Assembly (NCBI GenBank): GCA_009781185.1
Contig: WQYP01000001.1
Location: 20,102-84,101, forward strand
Reading direction: 5' to 3'
DNA length: 64,000 bases
Source of the DNA: Phycisphaerales bacterium
Lineage (GTDB): Bacteria > Planctomycetota > Phycisphaerae > WQYP01
Within the stretch, counting starts at the first letter, position 1; each line of letters starts with the position of its first letter. A model generated the notes under the pieces. It was not told the DNA's origin. It saw nothing but the letters and a program-made list of their open reading frames with translations, and searched no databases. Both the position numbers and the translations under genes were made by a program. Below, piece by piece: positions 19,786-29,459 of this stretch.

Positions 19786-20085
19786 ATGTCCGTCACCTCA
19801 TTCACTCTTCAGATGCCACGCAATCGGTTGCAGCAGACTTTTGACGAGATCGAAAGTGTCCGTCGGTCGGCGAGCCAGCGTCATCTGTGTTTGTTGGAAG
19901 TATGGAAACGGCCCGGTCATACCGCTGCGGAGATCGCGACGTTGACGGGGTTGGCGAGGTATGTTCCGTCGCGGCGGTTGCCGGAGTTGAGGCAGTCGGG
20001 GCAGATCAAGTGTGGCCCCGAACGAGAGTGTGCGGTCACGGGTAATCCGAGCATGACATGGTTTCCGTGTGTGGAGAACAATTGA
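19786..20085 (+). CDS. Winged-HTH DNA-binding protein
   Basis: PGHTAAEIATLTGL...SRRLPELR..G.I; first rightward gene. Confidence 0.7.
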   Translation: MSVTSFTLQMPRNRLQQTFDEIESVRRSASQRHLCLLEVWKRPGHTAAEIATLTGLARYVPSRRLPELRQSGQIKCGPERECAVTGNPSMTWFPCVENN

Positions 20086-20666
20086 TGAGCCGTTGTGAGT
20101 TATCTCAGGAAATGATCGATTACGTCACGGAGTGTACTTTGATCCGGGCCAGGCAGGCGGTTCGGCGAGTACGCAATCTTGGGGACGTGAAGGATGTTCA
20201 GCAGGATTTGTTGCTGGATATTTTGCAGCGACTGCCGAATTTTGATGGCGAGCGGGCAGATATCAAGACGTTCATCAGTCGCCTGGTTGATAACAAGGTT
20301 GCCAGCATGATCGACACGTTTCGACGTGCTCGGCGGAGAGGGGAAGGGGTTGGGCCGTCGGTGGATGACTGGGTGCTCGATGAGGATGGCGAATGGATAC
20401 GGCGGGATGGGGTGATGGACGCGGAGTTGCTTCGTGCTCATCGAGGAGTGGATTCACGGAGCGCCGAGGAGACGGTGAATCTCAAGGCGGATGTTGCGGC
20501 GGTGATGGCGAAGCTGCCTGAGGAGTTGCGGGAGTTGTGTGTGCAGTTACAGACGCATGGGCCTTGGGAGCTGATTCAGGGGGGGAAGGCCAGTGCGGTT
20601 CTTTACAAGCAGATGGCGGAGATTCGAGAGGCGTTCCGCGAAGCACAACTTGACCTGTATCAGTGA
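20085..20666 (+). CDS. Sigma-70/ECF-like regulator
   Basis: DVQQDLLLDILQRLPNFD....KTFISRLVDNK, LKADVAAVMAKLPEELRELC; ATGA coupling. Confidence 0.75.
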   Translation: MSRCELSQEMIDYVTECTLIRARQAVRRVRNLGDVKDVQQDLLLDILQRLPNFDGERADIKTFISRLVDNKVASMIDTFRRARRRGEGVGPSVDDWVLDEDGEWIRRDGVMDAELLRAHRGVDSRSAEETVNLKADVAAVMAKLPEELRELCVQLQTHGPWELIQGGKASAVLYKQMAEIREAFREAQLDLYQ

Positions 20667-20702
20667 ATTTTGAATTTCGACAAAACGTTTCGGAGATCGA
20701 AC

Positions 20703-21512
20703 ATGGAACTGGATATTGATTTGGGCATTCTGGGAGTCGAGTCGGCTGAGGAGTATCACGCTCAGGCTGCTCGGAATCTCAGTAGTCATCAGTTGCTGGA
20801 TTTTATGAAGTGCCCGTGGTTGCATCGGAAGAAGGCGATTGGGTTGATCGGGAATAGTGACTCGGTTAGCTACTTTGTTGGGAGAGCGGCACATGTGCGG
20901 ATTCTGGAGGGGCGGGAGAACTATATACAGGCGTATGCTTTGGGGGGACCGATCAATCCGAAAACCAACAAACATTATGGTGCGAATACCAACGCATTTA
21001 GGGAGTGGGCAGAGGAACAAGGGAAGCCGGTATTGTCGCAGGATCAGGTGGATTTGATTGAGCAGATGGCGGCGGGGGTGGCGATGAATGATGAGGCCAC
21101 GGACCTGTTACTTTATGGACGGAGTGAGGGGGTCGTGCGGGTGAAGTATTGCGGGACGCCGTGCCAGATTCGGATTGATTGGCTGCATCCTCATCGTGGC
21201 ATCGTGGACTTCAAGACCTGTGATGATCTCACTTGGTTTGAAGCGGATGCGAAGCGATATGGGTATGCAAAGCAGATGGCGTTTTATCAAGCGGTTTTGG
21301 CACAAGCGCTCGGCGGTGTGATGGTGCCGGTGCATCTCGTCGCTATCGAAAAGAAAGAACCGTTTCGCTGTGGTGTGTGGCGTGTCACGGACGACACGCT
21401 CGCCATCGCCCGGCAGGAAAACGAAGCGGCGATTCGTCGGTTTCTGAAGTGCCGCGAAACGGATGAATGGAAAACGGGTTACGAAGAAATCCGCATGTTG
21501 AACGTTGCATAA
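20703..21512 (+). CDS. PD-(D/E)XK exonuclease (RecE/DUF3799-like)
   Basis: EYHA...LSSH, GRAAHVRILE, RIDWL..IVDFKT, YGYAKQMAFY. Confidence 0.85.
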   Translation: MELDIDLGILGVESAEEYHAQAARNLSSHQLLDFMKCPWLHRKKAIGLIGNSDSVSYFVGRAAHVRILEGRENYIQAYALGGPINPKTNKHYGANTNAFREWAEEQGKPVLSQDQVDLIEQMAAGVAMNDEATDLLLYGRSEGVVRVKYCGTPCQIRIDWLHPHRGIVDFKTCDDLTWFEADAKRYGYAKQMAFYQAVLAQALGGVMVPVHLVAIEKKEPFRCGVWRVTDDTLAIARQENEAAIRRFLKCRETDEWKTGYEEIRMLNVA

Positions 21513-21583
21513 CGCTTCTCTCTTCCCTTCCCCTCGCCCGCGCCCGTGCTCAGGCTGAGTTTCTTCGCCGCACGGGCGCGTTT

Positions 21584-21649
21584 GGCAGGCCCTGGTTGGG
21601 TAGCCGGAACCAATACTCCGGATTGCAGGTTCGATTCCTGTGACTGCCT
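21584..21649 (+). ncRNA. tRNA-like structured RNA (non-canonical)
   Basis: GGCAGGC/GACTGCC acceptor-like stem (one mismatch), GCAGG-TTCGATT-CCTGT T-arm, CCGGA-ACCAATAC-TCCGG hairpin, reduced D region. Confidence 0.5.
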
Positions 21650-21682
21650 TTGATTGAAACGTGTTTTACAGGAGATAGCTCG

Positions 21683-22504
21683 ATGACGCTTCAAAACATT
21701 CATCGCGGGAGAAAGCATTTGCCGCCACGGTTGCTGGTTTACGGCACGGAAGGGATCGGGAAGACCACGCTCGCTGCTGCCGCGCCGTCGCCGATTTTTA
21801 TTCCGACTGAGGATGGGCTGGACCAAATCGACTGTGCAAGTTTTCCGTTGGCGAAGAATCTCGCTGATGTCGAAACCGCACTACGCACTCTCATTCACGA
21901 GAAGCACGAATTCGAGACGGTTGTGATTGACTCGGCGGATTGGGCTGAGCGGTTGGTGTGGGACGCGCTGTGTGAACAGTACGGTGTGACGAGCATTGAG
22001 AAGGTCGATGGCGGCTACGCTCGTGGCTACACGCATGCTCTCACGCATTGGCGGCGACTGTTGGCAGATCTGAATACGCTCCGCATCCAGCGTGGCATGT
22101 GCGTGATCCTTCTTGCACACGCCAAAGTCGAAAAGTTCGAAGATCCGGAGCACAGCCCCTACGACCGCTACTCACCGCGACTCCACAAACACGTCACGGC
22201 ATTGTTGAGTGAGTGGAGCGATGCGGTGCTGTTTGCGACGCGGAAGATCATCACGAAAACAGAGAGTGGCGGCTTTGGTCGCAATCGCACAACCGCTGCT
22301 GGTTTAGGGACAGACGGCGGGGAGCGAATCCTTCGTACCGTCGGTAGTCCCGCGTGTGTCGCCAAGAATCGTTACAGCTTGCCGTCGGAATTGCCACTGT
22401 CGTGGTCGGCGTTGATGCAGGCGATGAATCAGGAATCGAGTGCGCCGCTACGTCTGGCAGGCGCTGAAACCACTTCAAATACAGGAGAAACGAAGCATGG
22501 CTAA
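21683..22504 (+). CDS. AAA_24 ATPase (Sak4-like single-strand annealing protein)
   Basis: VYGTEGIGKTT Walker A, VVIDSADW Walker B, AKNRY. Confidence 0.85.
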   Translation: MTLQNIHRGRKHLPPRLLVYGTEGIGKTTLAAAAPSPIFIPTEDGLDQIDCASFPLAKNLADVETALRTLIHEKHEFETVVIDSADWAERLVWDALCEQYGVTSIEKVDGGYARGYTHALTHWRRLLADLNTLRIQRGMCVILLAHAKVEKFEDPEHSPYDRYSPRLHKHVTALLSEWSDAVLFATRKIITKTESGGFGRNRTTAAGLGTDGGERILRTVGSPACVAKNRYSLPSELPLSWSALMQAMNQESSAPLRLAGAETTSNTGETKHG

Positions 22505-22958
22505 TCTGAATTTCAATGCACACGAAGTCGAACCGGCGACTGAATTTGAGCCGTTGCCGGCGGGTAAGTATTTGGCGGCGATCACGGAGTCGGAAATGAA
22601 GCCGACGAAAAGTGGTGGTGGCAGCTACCTGGAACTTACGTTTCAGATTCTCGATGGGCCGTGTAAAGGTCGCAACGTTTGGGCGCGATTGAATTTGCAA
22701 AATCCAAGCCACACGGCGGTACAGATTGCGCGTGGTGAACTTTCGGCGCTTTGTCGGGCGGTCGGTGTGATGACACTGCGAGATAGTGTCGAATTGCACA
22801 ATTTGCCGCTGGTGATCAGCGTCAAGCAAAAGAAGCGTGAAGACAACGGGGAACTCACGAACGAGATCAAGGGTTACGAACCGAAGACCGCTGCGCCGGC
22901 TGTTGGTCAACCGCAGCAGGCACCGGTGACGAGCAACACGCCGCCGTGGAAGCGATGA
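22497..22958 (+). CDS. DUF669-like phage SSB-type protein
   Basis: FEPLPAGKY, YLELTFQILDG, NEIKGY, C-terminal PPWKR; typical partner of Sak4. Confidence 0.8.
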   Translation: MANLNFNAHEVEPATEFEPLPAGKYLAAITESEMKPTKSGGGSYLELTFQILDGPCKGRNVWARLNLQNPSHTAVQIARGELSALCRAVGVMTLRDSVELHNLPLVISVKQKKREDNGELTNEIKGYEPKTAAPAVGQPQQAPVTSNTPPWKR

Positions 22959-23048
22959 GGATTTTTTGTACGGAGCACTTCTCTCGCCTCCCGTCGGCGC
23001 GTTCTGTGCCGGCGGGAGGAGGGGGGGGCTTACTTGAGGACACGTTCT

Positions 23049-23444
23049 ATGTTGACGGCTTCGTTACCTTTTCCCCCGAGCGTCAATCGCCTTTGGCGTA
23101 AGTGGCGAGGACGCATGGTGCTCAGCCCCGAGGGGCGAAACTACCGCACGGCGGTTTGTGCGAGATTGGCGGGCAATGGGCCGCGTAAGCCGCCGTCGGG
23201 TGGGCGGATAGCGCTGTGCATGGATGCGTTCCCTCCCGATTTCAGACGTCGCGATCTTGATAATTTAAACAAGAGTGTCGCTGATGCGCTCCAGGACGCG
23301 GCAGTTTATGAGGACGATTCGCTCATTGATTTGCTGCTGACAAGACGACGCGAGGTCGTGGCGGGTGGGCGTATCGACGTGCGAGTTGATGAGCTTCCTT
23401 TAACAACGTGTCCGCTGTGCGGTTCTTTCATATCGAACAACTGA
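23049..23444 (+). CDS. rusA: RusA family Holliday junction resolvase
   Basis: LPFPPSVN, PPD.RRRDLDNL.K...DAL, EDDS. Confidence 0.9.
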   Translation: MLTASLPFPPSVNRLWRKWRGRMVLSPEGRNYRTAVCARLAGNGPRKPPSGGRIALCMDAFPPDFRRRDLDNLNKSVADALQDAAVYEDDSLIDLLLTRRREVVAGGRIDVRVDELPLTTCPLCGSFISNN

Positions 23445-23445
23445 G

Positions 23446-24387
23446 ATGCATATGAAAAAACAACCATTGAAAATTCTCTCTCTTGGCGCGGGTGTGCAGA
23501 GCACGGCGGTGCTGCTCATGAGTTGCCGGGGGATTCTGCCGAAGCTGGATGCGGCGATATTCGCCGACACACAGTGGGAGGCTCCGGCGGTCTACGAGCA
23601 CTTGTCGTGGCTGGAAAACGAAGCGGCCAAGGCTGGAATTCCTGTGCATCGTGTGACTGCCGGAAGTCTGCGGAAGCATACGCTCGAAGGTTTTGTTCGG
23701 GGGAGTAAAAACGAAGGACGGCGATATGCGAGCATGCCGATGCATGTGCTTTCACCGGAAGGTGTGAGAGGCATTCTGCGGCGGCAATGCACAAGCGAGT
23801 TCAAGATAGGTCCGGTCGAGCGATTCATCCGCCGCGAATTGCTCGGTCTTGCAAAGGGACAAAAGGCTCCGAAGGACTGCGTGGAGCAGTGGTTCGGGAT
23901 CAGTGCTGACGAATTGCGTCGAGTGCATGTCAGCAAGGCTCACTGGAAAACTCATGCTTATCCGCTTGTTGGGCTGATCGTCAAAGACCTCAATCGTTCC
24001 TACACCCGTGCCATGTGCATCGACTGGCTGGAGGAGCACTATCCCGGCCGTCACGTTCCACGATCAGCCTGTATTGGCTGCCCGTACCACAGCGATGACG
24101 AATGGTGGCAGATCAAAGGCGATCCCGATCTTTGGGCGGACGTCGTGGAAGTTGACGAAGCGATCCGGCATGCGGAAGGGATGAACGGGCAGGTCTTTCT
24201 TCATCGTTCGTGCCGCCCACTCAGGGAAGTGGACCTTCGAACGCCGGAAGAAAAAGGCCAGAGCGTTATGCCGTTCGCTCGGAAATGCCACGGCAGGAAT
24301 GCCTCGGCAAAACGTAAACGGCAGCCAGATCGACGTCACCCGCCGGCGAGAAATCATCGCAGGCGGACGTATCAACGCGCGAGTTGA
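23446..24387 (+). CDS. PP-loop (PAPS-reductase-like) phage protein
   Basis: LSLGAGVQS, AIFADTQWE, RQCTSEFKI, GISADE, SACIGCPY. Confidence 0.75.
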   Translation: MHMKKQPLKILSLGAGVQSTAVLLMSCRGILPKLDAAIFADTQWEAPAVYEHLSWLENEAAKAGIPVHRVTAGSLRKHTLEGFVRGSKNEGRRYASMPMHVLSPEGVRGILRRQCTSEFKIGPVERFIRRELLGLAKGQKAPKDCVEQWFGISADELRRVHVSKAHWKTHAYPLVGLIVKDLNRSYTRAMCIDWLEEHYPGRHVPRSACIGCPYHSDDEWWQIKGDPDLWADVVEVDEAIRHAEGMNGQVFLHRSCRPLREVDLRTPEEKGQSVMPFARKCHGRNASAKRKRQPDRRHPPARNHRRRTYQRAS

Positions 24388-24435
24388 ACTTGTGTGCCCG
24401 CTGTGCGGGCGCGGATTACTGGAGAACGACTAACG

Positions 24436-25206
24436 ATGCCAAATACCCGGACCATGCTCGCGTTTGCTGACGTTCACATCCCGCATCACAACCCACGGGC
24501 GCTGGAGGTATTTTGTCGTGCGGCAAAGCGCATCAAGCCGGACCTGATCGTCTGCCTGGGCGATCTGCTTGATTGCGGACATTTTTCAACGCATCCGCCG
24601 ACGTTTGGGATGCCAGAGTCTGATTACCTCGGCGATCTGCGACAGGCCAAGGCGCTGCTTGATCGGTTGCAGAAAGTTTGCGATCGGCTGGTGATGGTCG
24701 AGGGCAACCATGAATATCGCATCGACCGCTGGGCGGCGGCGACGGCGCAGGGACGCGGCACCTACTCGATGCTGGCTCCTCGTGTGCAACTGATGGATCA
24801 CCGCCGCAATTGCAAGTACATCCCCTACGGAACTGTGTCCGGTGCGTACCCGCACTACGCGGTCAACTCCAGAATTGTGGCGGTTCACGGATGGTCCTGT
24901 GCCCGCCACGCAACCAAGCAGCATCTGGATATCAGCCAAGGGAAGAGCATCATCCACGGTCACACGCATCGCGCCGACGCCTGCATTGTTCAGGGCATCT
25001 GGTCGTCGGCCTCCGGCGGCGTGATCGAATCTCGCAGTGCCGGCTGCCTGTGTAAGCGTATCCCGCTCTATGGCACGGGTCGCCCCGTGGAGTGGGTCAA
25101 CTCTTTTATCCTTGGTTATCTGGGGCGGCGAAGCGACACCCTCTACACCATTCCGATCATGGACAACCGCTGCATTCTGCCTGACGGCACTGAGGTCGCG
25201 GTGTGA
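24436..25206 (+). CDS. Calcineurin-like metallophosphoesterase
   Basis: DVH, GDLLD, GNHE, VHG, HGHTH motifs. Confidence 0.88.
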   Translation: MPNTRTMLAFADVHIPHHNPRALEVFCRAAKRIKPDLIVCLGDLLDCGHFSTHPPTFGMPESDYLGDLRQAKALLDRLQKVCDRLVMVEGNHEYRIDRWAAATAQGRGTYSMLAPRVQLMDHRRNCKYIPYGTVSGAYPHYAVNSRIVAVHGWSCARHATKQHLDISQGKSIIHGHTHRADACIVQGIWSSASGGVIESRSAGCLCKRIPLYGTGRPVEWVNSFILGYLGRRSDTLYTIPIMDNRCILPDGTEVAV

Positions 25207-25261
25207 GCCGGAGCGGAAATTCCACAGAAAAAATAGATCACTCAAGCAAAGGAAAGTAGCC

Positions 25262-26149
25262 ATGAACATTCAGATGCTCGAACTCGACAAAATCCGGATC
25301 GACGGCGACACACAACCGCGAGTGGCCATTGATGAATTTGTCGTCAGGCAATATGCCGCAGACATGGAGCGAGGGGAAGAATTCCCACCGGTCCATGTCA
25401 TGTTCGATGGTGCGACCTACTGGCTGGTGGATGGTTTCCATCGGTATCACGCACACAAGAAGTTGGCCAAAACCCAGGTTGCTGCCGAGGTTGCCACGGG
25501 GATGCAGACTGACGCGCAGTGGGAAAGTCTCACAGCCAATAAAACCCACGGACTACGCCGCACCAATGAAGACAAGATTAAAGCGGTCATCAAAGCGCTC
25601 AAGTTGAGGCCGAGGCATAGTGACAGTGTTATCGCAAAGCATGTGGGGGTTAGCGATAAAACGGTCACAAAATACCGCGAGTCCACGTCGCCCAGCCAAG
25701 CCCCAAAAACCGAACATAACCCTAGCGAGGTTCGGATTTCCGAACCTGAACCATCTGGTCAAGCTCAAAAACCCAAACATAACCCTAGCGAGGTTCGGAA
25801 ATCCGAACCTGCCATGAAACTGTTCTCAGGATCAGATTCAAAATCCAAACGAATCGGCCAGGACGGCAAGAGATATCCCACCCGTCAGCGTCGCGTCAAG
25901 GCTGGCATATCTCCCCGCGCGGCTCCTGTCATTCGCGGATTGAGCAAGCCGCTGGAGAAAAAGACGCACATTGAGATGCCGCTGGACCCGGAAGCGGGGG
26001 CATTTGCTTTGGTAAGCCTGTTGGATCGTTCCTACGTTGAGCAACTCGTCATCAAGCTGACCGCCATCCTTGAAGGTCGTGGGGGGACGCCGCCGGCGCT
26101 TCGGGATTTGCCGCCAGGGCAGGTCGTCTCGTCGAGCGCCTATCAGTAA
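25262..26149 (+). CDS. ParB/Srx-domain protein with HTH
   Basis: TQPRV, FPPV, LVDGFHRYHA, N..HGLR, SDSVIAKHVGVSDKTV. Confidence 0.82.
   Translation: MNIQMLELDKIRIDGDTQPRVAIDEFVVRQYAADMERGEEFPPVHVMFDGATYWLVDGFHRYHAHKKLAKTQVAAEVATGMQTDAQWESLTANKTHGLRRTNEDKIKAVIKALKLRPRHSDSVIAKHVGVSDKTVTKYRESTSPSQAPKTEHNPSEVRISEPEPSGQAQKPKHNPSEVRKSEPAMKLFSGSDSKSKRIGQDGKRYPTRQRRVKAGISPRAAPVIRGLSKPLEKKTHIEMPLDPEAGAFALVSLLDRSYVEQLVIKLTAILEGRGGTPPALRDLPPGQVVSSSAYQ
25696..25811. repeat. 63-bp-period direct repeat carrying two 20-bp palindromes AGGTTCGGA-NN-TCCGAACCT
   Basis: Palindromes at 25728-25747 and 25791-25810. Confidence 0.9.
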
Positions 26150-26208
26150 CCAATCACATCGTTTGTGAAATTGTTTTTCGGAATTTTCTTTTCAAGAAAG
26201 GTTTCGCC

Positions 26209-27111
26209 ATGTCCACGTTTGCTGCCACGTCTGTTGTTCCCGTTCCTCCGGCCTTGATTGCTGCGGGTAATTCACCTATGCCGGTACCTGCGGTAACGAA
26301 ACCTGTTGCGCCGGCGAAGGAGCCGACTGCCAATCGTATGTTGATCACGCCGGAGATGGCTCGTCGCTGGTTGGCGGACTGTAACGTCGCCAATCGTCAC
26401 ATGGTGCTGAGTTATTGTGAGCGTCTCGCCCGTGATATGAAGGAGGGGCGGTGGATACTGACGCATGAGGGGATCGCTTTTGATCCGCAAGGACGACTTT
26501 TAGATGGCCAGCAGCGGCTCCGTGCCATTGTGATCGCTGATGTAGCGGTGGAGATGTTCGTATGGCTCAACGTCACGCCCAAGGCGCTATTGGCGATCAA
26601 CATCGGACGAAAACGTACATTGACGGATTCACTGTTACTCTCGTCATCGGTAAGCAAGGTCAGTCCGCAGCATCTGGCCACGTTACGGGCGATGCTCGGT
26701 GGGTTTGGTGCTCGTCCGACTCTCACGACTGCTGAAGCGGCGGCGGAATATCAGAAGCATCGGGAGGCCATTGAGTTTGCTCATACGTTTCTGCCCAGTG
26801 GCCGGACGGTCAAGGGTATCACGCTCAGTTGCGTTCGTGCTGTGGTGTCGAGGGCTTATTACTCGGCGGACCTTGAGCGGCTCGGGGCTTTCTGTCAGAT
26901 CTTGACGCAGGGGATGGCGAATCAGCCCAACCATCAGGTGGTGGTGATGCTCTTCCAGTATTTGTTGAGAAATGCTGGCAGCGCACGCATGGATCGTGAA
27001 CGGTACGTCAAGACAGCGTGGGCGTTGCAGGCGTTTTTACGTTACGAGCAGCCAGCCCGTCTCATGTCGAGTTCCCAGGAATTATTCCCGTTGGCTGACG
27101 AGGCGAAATAA
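26209..27111 (+). CDS. ParB-superfamily (DGQHR-like) protein
   Basis: ITPEMARRWL..N..NR, ARDMKEGRW, LLDGQQRL.AIV. Confidence 0.65.
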   Translation: MSTFAATSVVPVPPALIAAGNSPMPVPAVTKPVAPAKEPTANRMLITPEMARRWLADCNVANRHMVLSYCERLARDMKEGRWILTHEGIAFDPQGRLLDGQQRLRAIVIADVAVEMFVWLNVTPKALLAINIGRKRTLTDSLLLSSSVSKVSPQHLATLRAMLGGFGARPTLTTAEAAAEYQKHREAIEFAHTFLPSGRTVKGITLSCVRAVVSRAYYSADLERLGAFCQILTQGMANQPNHQVVVMLFQYLLRNAGSARMDRERYVKTAWALQAFLRYEQPARLMSSSQELFPLADEAK

Positions 27112-27116
27112 CACCG

Positions 27117-28841
27117 ATGGAATTACGACCTTATCAGAAAGAGGCCGTCGAGGCGGTCTATGCGCATCTGCGTGGGCGGGACGACAATCCTTGTGTCGTC
27201 CTGCCCACGGCGGCGGGCAAGACGCCATGCATCGCGACGATCTGCCGCGATGTCGTGCATTTGTGGAGTGGGCGGGTGTTGGTGCTGGCGCATGTGAAGG
27301 AGTTGTTGGCGCAGGCGGTCGACAAGCTGCATGCGATGGCACCGGATTTATGGATGAATATCGGGGTGTATTCGGCGGGGCTTTCTAAACGAGACACCAC
27401 GCAGCCGATTCTTGTGGCGGGGATTCAGTCGGTTTATCAGAAGGCGAAGGAACTGGGGCGGTTCGATCTGGTTATCGTGGACGAGGCTCATTTGATTCCG
27501 ATGGAAGGCGACGGGATGTATCGGCGTTTTTTGGATGACGCCCGATCCCTCAATCCTCAGTTGCGGGTGATTGGTTTGACGGCGACGCCGTTTCGTCTTT
27601 CGTCAGGGCCGATTTGCGTACCACCGCCAGAGGGGATTCTTAACAGCATTTGTTACGAGATCGGGGTGCGGGAGTTGATTGCCGCTGGCTATATCTCGAA
27701 GCTCAAAAGCAAAAGTGGGAAATTCAAGGCGAACACCGATGGGCTGCATATCCGGGGCGGTGAGTTTGTGCCCGCGGAAGTTGAAACGTTGATGAACCAG
27801 GACGGGCTGGTCTACTCGGCGTGTAAGGAAATCGTCGAGCAAGTTCGTAGCGGCAATCGCAAGGCATGTTTGATCTTCGCGTCGAGTGTGAAGCATGGGC
27901 AGCACGTTGCCAAAACCATCGAGCAGGTTGCCGGTGAAGAATGCGGCTTTGTTGATGGTGAGACATCCGGCATCTTTCGTGACCAGATTCTTCGGCGGTT
28001 CCGCGAGGGGCAGTTGCGATATCTGGCGAACGTGAACGTGCTGACCACTGGTTTCGATGCGCCGAATGTGGATTGTGTGGTTCTGCTGCGACCGACGATG
28101 TCGCCGGGACTCTATTACCAGATGGTCGGGAGGGGTTTTCGGTTGGCTCCCGGTAAAGCCGACTGTCTGGTTCTGGACTTTAGCGGCAACGTTCTGCGTC
28201 ACGGGCCGGTGGATCAGATCCGAGTTCACGATCCGGCGGCAAAGCGCTTCGGCCCGCAAGGACGACCAGCGAAAGAGTGTCCATCCTGCCAGGCGTTGAT
28301 TGCCACGGGGTACGCGACCTGTCCAGAGTGCGGCTTTGTATTCCCGCCGTCGGAGCGGGATCGGCACGAAGCCGAAGCTGGCACCGCTGGGATACTTTCC
28401 GGCGAAATCACAGACGCCGAGTACGAGGTGCGAAACGTTAATTACAGCGTGCATGTAAAACGTGATGCCCACGAGAACGCACCGCGAACGCTACGGGTCG
28501 ATTACGAGATTGGTTACTACCTGTACAAATCCGAGTGGGTTTGTTTGGAGCACAAAGGATACGCACGGCAGAAGGCTGAAGCGTGGTGGCGGTTGCGATC
28601 CTGTGCGCCGGTGCCCAAGACGATTGAGGAAGCGGTAGCGCTGGCGGAATCCGGTGTGTTGGCGACGACGCTTGCGATCACTGTCCGTAACGTCGCCGGG
28701 GAGAAGTTTGATCGCATTGTTGATTGTGTGTTGGGGGCGAAGCCGGAGTTGGAGGCTGCTGTTGTCGCCGACGCGCCGGACGAGTCGTGGGATGAGAGTT
28801 TGCCGTTACCGATGCAACCAGAAGATGAAATTCCTTTTTAG
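27117..28841 (+). CDS. SF2 DEAH helicase (YejH/RadD-like) with Zn finger
   Basis: LRPYQ, PTAAGKT, DEAH, TATP, TTGFD, QMVGRG.R, CPSC...CPEC. Confidence 0.93.
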   Translation: MELRPYQKEAVEAVYAHLRGRDDNPCVVLPTAAGKTPCIATICRDVVHLWSGRVLVLAHVKELLAQAVDKLHAMAPDLWMNIGVYSAGLSKRDTTQPILVAGIQSVYQKAKELGRFDLVIVDEAHLIPMEGDGMYRRFLDDARSLNPQLRVIGLTATPFRLSSGPICVPPPEGILNSICYEIGVRELIAAGYISKLKSKSGKFKANTDGLHIRGGEFVPAEVETLMNQDGLVYSACKEIVEQVRSGNRKACLIFASSVKHGQHVAKTIEQVAGEECGFVDGETSGIFRDQILRRFREGQLRYLANVNVLTTGFDAPNVDCVVLLRPTMSPGLYYQMVGRGFRLAPGKADCLVLDFSGNVLRHGPVDQIRVHDPAAKRFGPQGRPAKECPSCQALIATGYATCPECGFVFPPSERDRHEAEAGTAGILSGEITDAEYEVRNVNYSVHVKRDAHENAPRTLRVDYEIGYYLYKSEWVCLEHKGYARQKAEAWWRLRSCAPVPKTIEEAVALAESGVLATTLAITVRNVAGEKFDRIVDCVLGAKPELEAAVVADAPDESWDESLPLPMQPEDEIPF

Positions 28842-28853
28842 TAGGAGATCAAT

Positions 28854-29354
28854 ATGCAGGAAATAGCAGAAAAACGTACCGGACTCACTTTTGAGGAAGC
28901 GGTCGAATTGAGACGCAAAGTGTCGTTTCCAATGACGAGGGCGGAGGCGAACGAGCACTTACGTTCGCGTGGTTACGACTGCCACCCGGTGATGCTCAAG
29001 GCGATGGTCGAGCACGAGGTTGTGAAGCCGATCCATCCGAAAGTCTGGATGCAGAAGGATGTGGAGGATGCTGCCGAGCATATCGAGGATTGCGGTCTTT
29101 TCACGCCATATGCTGAGATGTGCGAGGCGTTGGGATGTCGTTATGCGGATTTCCTGCGGGCTCTGAAGGCGGCGGCTGAACGCGAGTCGGCGAAGTACGG
29201 GCAGGACGTGCCAGCACGCGATCATTATTTCGTGATGCATCGGATGCCGCCGCGTGGGGAGGGTGGTGCTGATGGCGTCGTTAAACCGGCGGTGCTCACG
29301 TTCACGCTCTGTGCCGACATTCGTGAACGACTCGAACGCGGCGAACCTCTCTGA
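28854..29354 (+). CDS. Hypothetical protein
   Basis: AGGAG RBS; in line with the operon. Confidence 0.6.
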   Translation: MQEIAEKRTGLTFEEAVELRRKVSFPMTRAEANEHLRSRGYDCHPVMLKAMVEHEVVKPIHPKVWMQKDVEDAAEHIEDCGLFTPYAEMCEALGCRYADFLRALKAAAERESAKYGQDVPARDHYFVMHRMPPRGEGGADGVVKPAVLTFTLCADIRERLERGEPL

Positions 29355-29459
29355 TCCCCCCCCAGTTCCAAAACAGTAACCGTTCGCTGTGGTCTTCGCC
29401 TGGCGGGCGGGGCGAGGGCCGCAATGTGTTTCATCCGTCCGAAAAATTGAGGAATAGCA

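Noticed and set aside
21584-21649. Functional tRNA or attR duplicate of tRNA-Pro
   Set aside because: It has an 8-nt anticodon loop and no proper D-arm, and it does not match the tRNA-Pro acceptor end. Kept only as a tRNA-like RNA.
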